Shown: positions 37,723 to 46,687 of the stretch, in pieces
How positions within the stretch are numbered: the stretch's first letter is position 1
How the letters are laid out: each line of letters starts with the position of its first letter
Assembly: GCA_963761205.1 (NCBI GenBank)
Contig: CAVXFX010000007.1
Location: forward strand, 64,726-128,725
Source of the DNA: an uncultured Actinomycetota bacterium
GTDB lineage: Bacteria; Actinomycetota; Actinomycetes; Propionibacteriales; Nocardioidaceae
Length of the DNA stretch: 64,000 bases
Reading direction: 5' to 3'
The notes under the pieces: model-generated
Databases searched by the model: none
What the model was told of the DNA's origin: nothing
Seen by the model: the letters and a program-made list of their open reading frames with translations, nothing else
Translations under genes and position numbers: made by a program

Positions 37723-39822
37723 ATGAGCCAGCCGGCCCCCGAGGCCAAGGTCAGGGGCGCGTGTCCGCACGACTGTCCTGACACCTGCGCGTGGACGGTG
37801 ACCGTCCAGGACGGTCGCGCGATCTCGCTGGAGGGCGACCGCGATCATCCGTTCACCGCGGGCGGGCTGTGCACCAAGGTCAACCGGTTCCTGGACGACC
37901 GGGTCTATCACCCGGACCGCTTGTTGCACCCGATGCGGCGCACCGGACCGAAGGGCTCGGGCCAGTTCGTCCGGATCGACTGGGACGAGGCGATAGCCAC
38001 GATCGCCACCCGGCTCTCGGGGATCATCGCGACCGACGGCGCCGAGGCCGTGATGCCCTACAGCTACATGGGAACCCAGGGCCTCGTCCAGGGCGAGGCG
38101 GTCAGTGAGTCGTTCTTCGCCCGGCTGGGCGCGACGAGGCTGGTCCGGGCGGTGTGTGGAAGTGCCGGCAACTCCGGCGAGGCGGTGACGATGGGCCGTG
38201 GAGCGGGCCTGCCTCCCGAGGAGCTCGTCCACTCGCGGTTCATCGTGCTGTGGGGCACCAACACGCTCTCGACCAACCTGCATCTGTGGCCGTTCATCAG
38301 GGCGGCCCGCGAGGCGGGCGCCACCGTGGTGGTCATCGACCCGGTCCGCACCCGTACTGCCAGCGCCGCGGACTGGCACGTTCGTCCACTCCCGGGGACC
38401 GATGCGGCCCTCGCCCTCGGGTTGATGAACGTGATCGTCGCCGAGGGCCTGGTCGACCAGGAGTACGTCGATCAGCACACCGTTGGCTACGAGGAGCTGT
38501 GTCGCCGCCTCGAGGACTATCCCCCCGAGCGGGTCGCCCAGCTGACCGGGCTCGAGGCTGACGAGATCCAGCGGCTCGCCCGCGCCTACGCCGCGAGTCG
38601 ACCGGCTGCCATCCGGCTGCTGGTCGGGATGGAGCATCACGAGCACGGAGCGGCGATGTTCCGGGCCATTGCGTGCCTGCCTGCACTGGTCGGGGCCTGG
38701 CGTGAGCGGGGCGGCGGCCTGTGCCACATGACGGTCCACTTCGCGCTAGAGGTCGACCACGGGTGCGGAGTGGAGGTGCCCGAGCAGCCGACCCGCGAGG
38801 TCAACATGGTGCAGCTCGGCCGTGCCCTGACCACGCTGCGGCCGCCGCTGAAGGCACTGCTGGTCTACAACTCCAACCCCGCAGCAATCGCTCCCGAGCA
38901 GAACCTCGTCTTCGAGGGTCTCGCTCGCGAGGACCTGTTCACCGTGGTGGTCGAGCACGTGCTGACCGACACCGCGCGCTTCGCCGATCTCGTCCTACCG
39001 GCCACCACCCAGGTCGAGCACCATGACGTGATGTGGTCGTGGGGTCAGACCTACGTCGCCTGGAACGAGCCCGCGATCCCGCCCGTGGGTGAGGCGTTGT
39101 CCAACGCCGAGATCTTCCGCAGGCTGGGGCGCCGGATGGGCTACGACGACCCGGTGTTCACCACGCAGGACGCGGCCCTTGCCGAGGCTGCCGTCGCGCC
39201 GTTGGGTGCGGATCGGGTGACCGAGCTGAAGGCCCGCGGCTGGCTGCGTCTGGACGGTCCCGACGACGCGATCCCCTACGCGAACGGCGGGTTCGCGACG
39301 GCCTCGGGCAAGGTCGAGTTCTTCAGCGCGGACCTCGAGTCCCAGGGCCTGGATCCCCTGCCGGCCTACCGGCCCGCGCAGGAGGGCCCGCAGGGCGACC
39401 CGACGTCCGCGAGTCGCCATCCCCTGATCCTGCTCACCGCCAAGGGAGCGCACCACTTCCTCAACTCCGGCTATGTCCACGTCGAACGCGCCCGGCGAGC
39501 CGAGCGGGAGCCGTTGCTGGACATCCACCCCGTCGATGCCGAGGTGCGTGGGATCGCCGACGGGCAGACCGTACGGGTGTTCAACGACCGCGGTTCCCTG
39601 ACGCTGCACGCACGGGTGGGTGACCGGGTCAGGCCGGGAGTTGTGTCCGTGCCGTCGGGTTGGTGGGCGTCCGCCTCCCCGTCCGGCCGCTCCGCCAACA
39701 GTCTGACGGCCGACGGCCTCTCCGACCTGGGCGGAGGCGGCGACTTCCACGACACGCTGGTGGAGGTCGCCGCCGAGGCAGCTGGGTACGCCCAGGACGG
39801 CGCTGGTGGTCAGCCGTCCTGA
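37723..39822 (+). CDS. molybdopterin oxidoreductase (DMSO-reductase superfamily, cytoplasmic type)
   Basis: N-terminal 4Fe-4S motif 'CPHDCPDTCAW...GGLCTK'. MopB domains and a C-terminal beta-barrel ('VRVFNDRGSLTLHARV'). Confidence 0.9.
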   Translation: MSQPAPEAKVRGACPHDCPDTCAWTVTVQDGRAISLEGDRDHPFTAGGLCTKVNRFLDDRVYHPDRLLHPMRRTGPKGSGQFVRIDWDEAIATIATRLSGIIATDGAEAVMPYSYMGTQGLVQGEAVSESFFARLGATRLVRAVCGSAGNSGEAVTMGRGAGLPPEELVHSRFIVLWGTNTLSTNLHLWPFIRAAREAGATVVVIDPVRTRTASAADWHVRPLPGTDAALALGLMNVIVAEGLVDQEYVDQHTVGYEELCRRLEDYPPERVAQLTGLEADEIQRLARAYAASRPAAIRLLVGMEHHEHGAAMFRAIACLPALVGAWRERGGGLCHMTVHFALEVDHGCGVEVPEQPTREVNMVQLGRALTTLRPPLKALLVYNSNPAAIAPEQNLVFEGLAREDLFTVVVEHVLTDTARFADLVLPATTQVEHHDVMWSWGQTYVAWNEPAIPPVGEALSNAEIFRRLGRRMGYDDPVFTTQDAALAEAAVAPLGADRVTELKARGWLRLDGPDDAIPYANGGFATASGKVEFFSADLESQGLDPLPAYRPAQEGPQGDPTSASRHPLILLTAKGAHHFLNSGYVHVERARRAEREPLLDIHPVDAEVRGIADGQTVRVFNDRGSLTLHARVGDRVRPGVVSVPSGWWASASPSGRSANSLTADGLSDLGGGGDFHDTLVEVAAEAAGYAQDGAGGQPS

Positions 39823-40808
39823 TGCGGGATCAAGAACCACGCGGCCGGGATCCGGGCTGCGCCGCACGTGTTCTCCTTGACCGTCCCGCGCATACCGGTG
39901 GTGTTCGGGTTGATCTGCTGCACGGCGCCCAGGACGAGCCGGTCACCCGTGCTGCAGTCGGCGGAGGCAGCTGAGCTGGTCAGCGTGAGCTCGGAGCCGC
40001 GGAAGGACCACGTGCCCTGGTCGACCGGTTCGCCAGACTCGCCCGCGAGGAAGTAGGAACCACCGGGGTCGATCTCGATGGCCTGCCCGCCTCCCTCGGC
40101 CAACCAGAGGCCGTACAGGGTGGCCTTGTCCGAGACTCGCTTCCAACCGGGATCCTGGGAGAGGACCATCTCGGTCAAGCCCTGGGACGTCGGCAGCACC
40201 TGCTCCCACACCAATCTCCCGGGCCCCGTGAGGGAGCAATCATCCAACGTCTCGATGGTGCGGACGGACCGCATCGCTCCGGACTCCGGGAGAGCCGCGT
40301 GCATGGCGAACTGTTTGCCGGAGCAGCCGGACCGGGCGTCGTCGGTGGCGGTCACGGTGATCACGTCACCGTCGATCTCATAGGTGCCCGTGGTGGCTGG
40401 CTGGCCGAAGATCGTCCCGTGCTGGTCGAACCGGACGGTGCCGTCCTCGCGGAACTGCACCACGGTGGTGCCGTTGTCCTCCCGCCAGACTCCGGCGATG
40501 AGCTGGGGCGTCGGGACGCTCCCGGTGAGGAAGTCCGCGTTGCCGTCACTGGGGTCGGTGGGTGGTTTCGCCGCAGGTGCGCCCTTGTCGTCCCCGCCGA
40601 ACGTCTCGAACGCCGCGACCCCGAGGACCGGGATCAGGACGGCTGCCGCCACGGCCGCTACCGCCGCCGTCACTGTGCGCCGGCCACTTCGCCGCGCCGT
40701 ACGCTGCTCCACTTCCAGGCGGGCCTCGCGCAGGTCTGAATCGGTCATGATGATGCCTCCTGTCACTGCCGCGATGTCCCGCGCGAGCCGCTCCTCGATG
40801 CTGCTCAT
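39810..40808 (-). CDS. putative single-pass anti-sigma factor with a ~250-aa extracytoplasmic domain
   Basis: ATGA overlap with the ECF sigma stop. TM 'VTAAVAAVAAAVLIPVLGVAAF'. Cys pairs are present in the ectodomain. Confidence 0.55.
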   Translation of the reverse strand: MSSIEERLARDIAAVTGGIIMTDSDLREARLEVEQRTARRSGRRTVTAAVAAVAAAVLIPVLGVAAFETFGGDDKGAPAAKPPTDPSDGNADFLTGSVPTPQLIAGVWREDNGTTVVQFREDGTVRFDQHGTIFGQPATTGTYEIDGDVITVTATDDARSGCSGKQFAMHAALPESGAMRSVRTIETLDDCSLTGPGRLVWEQVLPTSQGLTEMVLSQDPGWKRVSDKATLYGLWLAEGGGQAIEIDPGGSYFLAGESGEPVDQGTWSFRGSELTLTSSAASADCSTGDRLVLGAVQQINPNTTGMRGTVKENTCGAARIPAAWFLIPHQDG

Positions 40809-41377
40809 GGGGTCACCTCGATCCTCTTCTGAAGTACCTGCAGCCCGCGGTGTTGGTGGGCCTTGACCGAGCCGTCACTGATCCCGAGCAGTTGGGCCGT
40901 CTCGGCGACGGACAGCTCGAGGACGAACCGGCAGGCCAGCACCTCTCTCTGGCGTCGCGCCAAGGTCCGCATGATCGCGACCACGGATCCGACCTCGTCG
41001 CGGACCACCGTCGTCTCCTCCGGGCTCGCGGACGGTTCGCGCACGAGCATCAGCGGTCTCGGGGCTCGCTGGGTGATCTGACGCCGCACCCAGGACCGAC
41101 AACGGTTGAGCACTGCGGATCGGAGGTACGCCTCGGCGGACTCGGGATCGCGCAGCGAACGCCGGTGACGGTGCAGCGCCACGAAGGCGTCCTGGACGGC
41201 GTCCTCCGCAGCCTCCCGGCTTCCCAGCATGACGACACCGAGCCGGAGGAGGTCGGCGTAGTTCTCCCGGAAGAGCAGGTCCACGAGCTCCGCGCGAGTC
41301 GGCTCGACCGCCCAGTCGGGCCGGCTGGTCCCACGCCGCTCACCCAAGAGCCTCTCCTCCGGACCGGAGTTCGTCAT
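40805..41377 (-). CDS. ECF (sigma-70 family) sigma factor
   Basis: Region 2 'AEDAVQDAFVALHR' and region 4 'SVAETAQLLGISDGSVKAHQHRGLQVL'. The start is uncertain (ATG 41377 or an upstream TTG). Confidence 0.85.
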   Translation of the reverse strand: MTNSGPEERLLGERRGTSRPDWAVEPTRAELVDLLFRENYADLLRLGVVMLGSREAAEDAVQDAFVALHRHRRSLRDPESAEAYLRSAVLNRCRSWVRRQITQRAPRPLMLVREPSASPEETTVVRDEVGSVVAIMRTLARRQREVLACRFVLELSVAETAQLLGISDGSVKAHQHRGLQVLQKRIEVTP

Positions 41378-41483
41378 GCCCGAGAGTCGCTCACATCGCT
41401 CCTCAGGTTGACACAAGTCGGAACTGGTGTGGACCAGTGAGCTGATGACGTGACGTCGCATCAGCCGGACACGAGAACGATTC

Positions 41484-41514
41484 GTCACGTCCGTGCGGTC
41501 ACGCTGCGGTCACG
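41484..41514 (+). promoter_or_regulatory. direct repeats with about one helical turn of spacing (candidate SARP box)
   Basis: TGCGGTCACG at 41494-41503 and at 41505-41514 (11-nt period). A third GTCACG lies at 41484-41489. The repeats sit about 100 nt upstream of the neprosin-like gene. Confidence 0.35.
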
Positions 41515-41610
41515 GAGGAGTACGCCGTACTGACCACGCTGCTGGAAGAGATCCGCGACGGGGCGAGGACTCCCCAGAAGCCGGAGCTCGGTGAGGCAGG
41601 TGGACTCGTC

Positions 41611-42858
41611 ATGGCGGACCCGCGGGGAATCCTCCCCTACGCCCCCTTCAGGAGCATGGTGGAGGGCGCCACCATCAAACAGTTCAAGGACGACCCCCGT
41701 GCGGCGGTCACCAGCCGGGCGAAGTTCACCGAGATGCAGGCGCACCTGGCGGACCTGTACGCCGACGTCGAGGCCGAGGCCAGCTTCGAGGACGCGGGTG
41801 GCCGGGTCATCGACTGCATCCCGATCGAGCAGCAACCCTCCCTCCGTGGCGGGGACGCCCCGATCGCCACTCCGCCCGACCTGTCGCCGGTGTTGCACGG
41901 CCGGGCGCCCACGGCCAGCAGCGAGCTGCCGATGGCACCCACCGACTTCGGCCGCCGCGACCGGCACGGCAACCGGATGCGCGTCCCGGCCGGGACGATC
42001 CCGGTCCACCGGGTGACCCTCTCCGACCTGGCGCGCTTCCCGTCGCTCGGGGACTTCCTCCACAAGGAGGCCGGTCCCACGGCCGTTCCGCCGAGCGTCC
42101 CCGACGCGAGCACCGCCAACAACCACCGCTACGCCTACACGCACCAGACGGTGAACAACATCGGCGCGCACAACTCGCTCGCGGTCTACTCCCCCGCCAT
42201 CAACAACGACCAGGTCTTCTCCCTCGCCCAGCACTGGTACGCCGGCGGCACCGGGAACGGGCACCAGACCCTGGAGGTCGGCTGGCAGGTCTACCCCGCC
42301 AAGTACGGCCACGCCCACCCGGTGCTCTTCATCTACTGGACCGCGGACAACTACAAGACCACGGGCGCCTACAACCTCGACCAGCCCGGCTTCGTACAGA
42401 CCAACACGGCGTGGACCATCGCGGGAGCGCTCAGCCCGGTCAGTGTGCGCGGCGGCCAGCAGATGGAGATCCAGGTCACGACGTACCTCTACCAGGGCAA
42501 CTGGTGGATCTACCTGGGTGGCGTCACGGCGGCCCACGCGTTGGGCTACTACCCCACCTCCCTCTACAGCGGTGGTCAGATGGCCACCAGCGCCCAGGAG
42601 ATCCTCTTCGGCGGCGAGACCGTGACCAAGCAGGTGTCGTGGCCGGGCATGGGCAGCGGAGAGTTCGCCTCCGGCGGCTGGCAACAGGCGGCCTACCAGC
42701 GCAACATCTACTACTACCCCACGGGCGGCGGCGCGCAATGGGCGTCGCTGACCGCGGAGCAGCCGTCCCCGGCGTGCTACACGCTCACCCTGGGCTCGGT
42801 GGCCCCGCCGTGGGGCATCTACTTCTTCTACGGCGGCAGCGGCGGCGGCAACTGCTGA
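41611..42858 (+). CDS. neprosin-family (DUF239) glutamic peptidase with an N-terminal activation (pro) domain; no signal peptide
   Basis: 'GGRVIDCIPIEQQPSL' (pro-domain). 'FSLAQHWY', 'LEVGWQVYPAKYGHAHPVLFIYWTADNYKTTGAYNLDQPGFVQTN', 'GNWWIYLGG', 'LGYYPTSLY' and 'FGGETV...MGSGEFA' match the DUF239/neprosin consensus as I remember it. Confidence 0.85.
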   Translation: MADPRGILPYAPFRSMVEGATIKQFKDDPRAAVTSRAKFTEMQAHLADLYADVEAEASFEDAGGRVIDCIPIEQQPSLRGGDAPIATPPDLSPVLHGRAPTASSELPMAPTDFGRRDRHGNRMRVPAGTIPVHRVTLSDLARFPSLGDFLHKEAGPTAVPPSVPDASTANNHRYAYTHQTVNNIGAHNSLAVYSPAINNDQVFSLAQHWYAGGTGNGHQTLEVGWQVYPAKYGHAHPVLFIYWTADNYKTTGAYNLDQPGFVQTNTAWTIAGALSPVSVRGGQQMEIQVTTYLYQGNWWIYLGGVTAAHALGYYPTSLYSGGQMATSAQEILFGGETVTKQVSWPGMGSGEFASGGWQQAAYQRNIYYYPTGGGAQWASLTAEQPSPACYTLTLGSVAPPWGIYFFYGGSGGGNC

Positions 42859-42894
42859 TCGCGTCCCGTCCCGCGCAGCGACAGGGGAGGATCC

Positions 42895-45800
42895 ATGGCG
42901 TCAACCGAAGGTGCACCGAGCATGGCACCGGGCGAAGGCCCGACCCCGACCGCGTTCCGCGCTGCTGAGAGCCGACTCAACCGCTCGCTGGGCGACAACA
43001 TCGGCACCGGTGGCGGCGGCGGACGGGAGATCCCCGCGGTGGCGGACACGTCGCGGCTCCGCATCCCGCTCACCGCCGACCCGCTCGCCGATGCGGCTGT
43101 CTCGACCGGACTTCTCCACGCTCGTGGCGCCGCCGTCGAGCACCTGTTCACCAGCATGGCCCAGGTGCACGGGGACCTGGGCATGCTGATCAAGACCCTG
43201 CAGCTGCCGGTCGCCCCACCGAACCTGATCGGCGTCCTCGTCCAGCCCGACGGCTCCCCGGCGGGCCCGGTGCAGATCCAGTTCAACCCCGCGGACCTGC
43301 ACGACCCGAGCCCCGTCGTGACGCTGGTCAACGACGCCACCGGCGCCTTCTCGATGCCGCTGCCCAAGGGCATGACGCTCCCGGAGACCACGTTCCTGCA
43401 CCTGACCATCCACGGCGGCGGCGGCAACAACGTCCGGGTCGACGTACCGGCCACCCAGATCGCCGCCAACGGCCTGGCCGGCACGATCATGCTGCCCGCA
43501 TTCATCTCCCCCCTGCCGGTCAGCATCCTCGCCTCCCTGCAGGCCCTGGCCCCGCCGCCGCAGGTCGATGCCCCTGAGCCGGCACCGACCAACACCCCGC
43601 AGCTGCCGGTCGTCTCGATCGGCGACGACGACGGCTGCCTGCTGCAGTACGGCGCGAACAGCTCGATCGACAAGTTCCCGTTCGGTGTCTTCTTCCGGCT
43701 CGTGGAGCCGCGCGCCAGCATCGTCTCCGAGGTGCACCCGATCGTCGTCGGGCCCGGGCGGTTCAAGTACCTGCCCAACTACGCGACCATGGCGATCACC
43801 GCCCTGGAGAAGCCCGGCCAACCCGGGACGGAGTCGATGGCTTTGCCCGCTGTCCCGGCCGGCGCGACCGACGAGGGCCTGGTCGAGTACGTCGACCGGG
43901 TGCCGGTCGAGCAGCCGATCAGCGTGGACGGGTTCCGCGAGCAGCTGATGGGGCTCCAGCAGAACGGCACCTTCACCGGCGACGAGACCCGTCCGATGGC
44001 GGGGACCCTGGGCATCGGCTACGTCTTGTCGATGTCGCAGCGCTGGACCTTCCTCGGCCTCGCACTGGGCGACCTCGTCTACTCGCTGCCGCTGGCGCCG
44101 GGCGAGCAGCAGCAGGTCGCGATCTTCGAGCGCGTCGACACCGCCCGGGTGTCGGAGTCGGAGATGTTCAGCGAGTCCCAGGCCCAGGATCAGCGCGCCA
44201 CGGCCGACACGTCCACCCGCGCCACCTTCAACTCCGCCTTCAACGAGACCGTGCGCGGCAGCAGCTCCTTCGACGTCCACTCGGACTCCTCGAGCTGGGG
44301 CGGCAATTTCATCCTGGTCAGCGGCGGAGGCGGCAGCTCGTCCTCGAGCGGGTCGTCCTCCCAGTCGCTGCAGGGGCAGCGCAACACCTCCCAGTCCGCG
44401 GCCCAGAACACGCACTCGGCGGCGGAGAACCAGGCCTCCGCGCGGCGCCAGGCTGCTCGGACCGGCATGCGGATCGCCACCGCGAGCGAGTCCGAGCAGG
44501 TCACCACCAAGGTGATCACGAACCACAACCACACGCACGCGATGACGATGCAGTACTGGGAGGTGCAGCGGCTCTACGACGTCAGCACGGCGATCGACGG
44601 ACTCAGCCTGACGGTGCTGGTGCCCCTGCAGGTGGTGCGGTTCATGCCGCCCGGTCAGCCCGCCACCCTGACCAACCCCGCGTCGGTCGGGTCACGGTCA
44701 CTGGTGATGCAGCGCTACCGCGAGATCATCAAGCACGCCGACGTACTCGCCCAGGCCCTGCCGCGTCGCTACCAGCACGGCCTGACCATGCTGACCCAGT
44801 TCGCCGCAGACCCGATGGCGCAGGTCGACCCGGCGGGTGGTGCCGCCGAGGACGTCATCCGGTTCACCCTGAGCGGGACCTTCCTCAGCTGCGAGGACAT
44901 CTACGTGAGCGCCGTGTCCAACCGCGGCACCCGGCTGGGCCCGGTCAAGCTGGCCAGCGACGCCACGCCGCCACCGGAGGACGTCTTCGACAGCCGCGAC
45001 CAGCTGGTCGCCTGGGTCCGCAAGCAACGGGAGGGCGGCAGCCTCAACTTCACCGGCGCCCTGGCGCTGCCGTTGTCGATGAACCGCTCCAGCATCGTCG
45101 GCTTCGAGATCAGCCGCTCGTTCCGGTCGCTGTCCTACACGCTGATCACGCCCCAGCAGGCCGAGGTGAAGATGCTGCAGAGCATGCTGCCCTCGACCGT
45201 CGACTGGCTGAGCAAGCTCACCTCGCTCAGCAGTGCGTCGCGGCGTACGACGGTGGTGCTGACGCCGGCCGACCTGGAGCGGGCCGCGGGCGGTCCGCGG
45301 CTGACCGGCTTCACGGCAGCGATCGAGGAGGTCGACGCGAGCGGCTCGACCAACCCCGGCGAGCAGTACGCGAACGAGGGGCTGTCCAACATCGAGCTGC
45401 CCCAACAGCCCTACCCGTTGCCGGCGCGACAGCTGGCCCCCGTCCTGCGCTACAGCGAGGTGCTGGAGATCGAGGGGATGGCGGCGCACGTCGTGCGGAA
45501 CACGCTGACCTACTCGCGGGCGATCTGGTCCTCGATGAGCGAGCTGGAGCGGGCGATCCTGCTGGAGGCCTACACGATCGGCGTACCCCCGGGCGGTGTC
45601 GCCGACGCGACCCAGATGGTGCCACTGCTCAACTGCGTGGAGAACACCGTGCTCGGCTACTTCGGCAACTCCATGATCATGCCGTTCATCATCCCGCAGG
45701 CGCTCACCGACCAGGAGAAGGTCGGCGGCGAGCGGGTCGACCCGGTCCGGCTGCACGACGCACTCCTCGGCTACCAGCTGAGCACGTTCCGCCCGCCGCA

Positions 45801-46683
45801 CTCGACGATCGCGCTACCCACCCGCGGCGTGCTGGCGGAGGCGGTGCTGGGTCACTGCGCCTCGGCCGAGAAGATCGACCTCACCCGCTTCTGGAACTGG
45901 CAGGACTCGCCTGCGGACACCGCCCCGACGATCTCCCCGGTGACGCTGCCGACCGGGTCGGAGTCGATCGCCGGCGGTCTGACGGCACCGAACTCGCTGA
46001 CCAACCTGCCGTCGCTGATCAACAACGTGCTGACCGCGCCGGCGCCGGACAGTGCCCTGCTGAACGCCCTGGCCCAGGCCGCGGCGGCCCAGAAGGACTT
46101 CGACTCCGGGCTCACCGGCGCCAGCGGGCTGGCGGGCCTGATCCAGAACGCGCAGAACACCTCGAACTCGGCCCGCGCCGACGCGCTCAAGGCGAACTCG
46201 GAGTACCGCGCCCAGGCGATGGCCACCCTCGGCAACATCTTCGGCGGCATCTACGGCGGCAACCCGGAGGCCGGCTCTAAGGCTGCCGCCGCGCTCCGCG
46301 GCACCGGCGGCCAGAGTAGTTCCCAGGGCGGCTCCTCGGGCGGTACGCCGGGGCAGACGCAGGCGCCCGCGCCGGGCGGCGGCGGGAAGGCCGGTGACCA
46401 GAAGGACGGGACCCCCGCTGGCGGCGCTGGCGCCGGTCCGGCCGGAGGTCCGGCGGGCGGCGCAGGTGGTGGTCCTGCCGGTGGCGGCGGCGGTCCTGCG
46501 GGCGGAGGCCCCGCCGGTGGCGGCGGCGGTCCAGCCGGAGGAGGAGGCCCGGCCGGCGGCACTGGCGGAGGCCCGTCCAGCGGCCCCTCGAGCGGACCGG
46601 CCGGCGGACCCGGCGGAGGAGCGGGGGGCGCTCCCCCGGTGGCCCCGCCTGCTCCCGATGGCGACACAACGGAGGGAGAATAG
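42895..46683 (+). CDS. 1,262-aa protein with no domain I recognise; Gly/Pro-rich C-terminal tail
   Basis: ATG after GGGGAGGA, 36 nt after the upstream stop. Amino-acid composition is protein-like throughout. It has the 'NHNHTHAMTMQYWEV' motif (nt 44521-44565) and a Ser/Gly linker. No TM segment or signal peptide. Confidence 0.8.
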   Translation: MASTEGAPSMAPGEGPTPTAFRAAESRLNRSLGDNIGTGGGGGREIPAVADTSRLRIPLTADPLADAAVSTGLLHARGAAVEHLFTSMAQVHGDLGMLIKTLQLPVAPPNLIGVLVQPDGSPAGPVQIQFNPADLHDPSPVVTLVNDATGAFSMPLPKGMTLPETTFLHLTIHGGGGNNVRVDVPATQIAANGLAGTIMLPAFISPLPVSILASLQALAPPPQVDAPEPAPTNTPQLPVVSIGDDDGCLLQYGANSSIDKFPFGVFFRLVEPRASIVSEVHPIVVGPGRFKYLPNYATMAITALEKPGQPGTESMALPAVPAGATDEGLVEYVDRVPVEQPISVDGFREQLMGLQQNGTFTGDETRPMAGTLGIGYVLSMSQRWTFLGLALGDLVYSLPLAPGEQQQVAIFERVDTARVSESEMFSESQAQDQRATADTSTRATFNSAFNETVRGSSSFDVHSDSSSWGGNFILVSGGGGSSSSSGSSSQSLQGQRNTSQSAAQNTHSAAENQASARRQAARTGMRIATASESEQVTTKVITNHNHTHAMTMQYWEVQRLYDVSTAIDGLSLTVLVPLQVVRFMPPGQPATLTNPASVGSRSLVMQRYREIIKHADVLAQALPRRYQHGLTMLTQFAADPMAQVDPAGGAAEDVIRFTLSGTFLSCEDIYVSAVSNRGTRLGPVKLASDATPPPEDVFDSRDQLVAWVRKQREGGSLNFTGALALPLSMNRSSIVGFEISRSFRSLSYTLITPQQAEVKMLQSMLPSTVDWLSKLTSLSSASRRTTVVLTPADLERAAGGPRLTGFTAAIEEVDASGSTNPGEQYANEGLSNIELPQQPYPLPARQLAPVLRYSEVLEIEGMAAHVVRNTLTYSRAIWSSMSELERAILLEAYTIGVPPGGVADATQMVPLLNCVENTVLGYFGNSMIMPFIIPQALTDQEKVGGERVDPVRLHDALLGYQLSTFRPPHSTIALPTRGVLAEAVLGHCASAEKIDLTRFWNWQDSPADTAPTISPVTLPTGSESIAGGLTAPNSLTNLPSLINNVLTAPAPDSALLNALAQAAAAQKDFDSGLTGASGLAGLIQNAQNTSNSARADALKANSEYRAQAMATLGNIFGGIYGGNPEAGSKAAAALRGTGGQSSSQGGSSGGTPGQTQAPAPGGGGKAGDQKDGTPAGGAGAGPAGGPAGGAGGGPAGGGGGPAGGGPAGGGGGPAGGGGPAGGTGGGPSSGPSSGPAGGPGGGAGGAPPVAPPAPDGDTTEGE
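46417..46635 (+). repeat. low-complexity coding repeat (GGPAGG-like)
   Basis: It encodes AGGAGAGPAGGPAGGAGGGPAGGGGGPAGGGPAGGGGGPAGGGGPAGGTGGGPSSGPSSGPAGGPGGGAGG. Confidence 0.9.
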
Positions 46684-46687
46684 GACC

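Noticed and set aside
41420-41424. GGAAC as the -35 of an ECF-type promoter driving the neprosin operon.
   Set aside because: The nearest CGT-type -10 is about 24 nt downstream rather than 16-17 nt, so the spacing does not fit ECF promoters.
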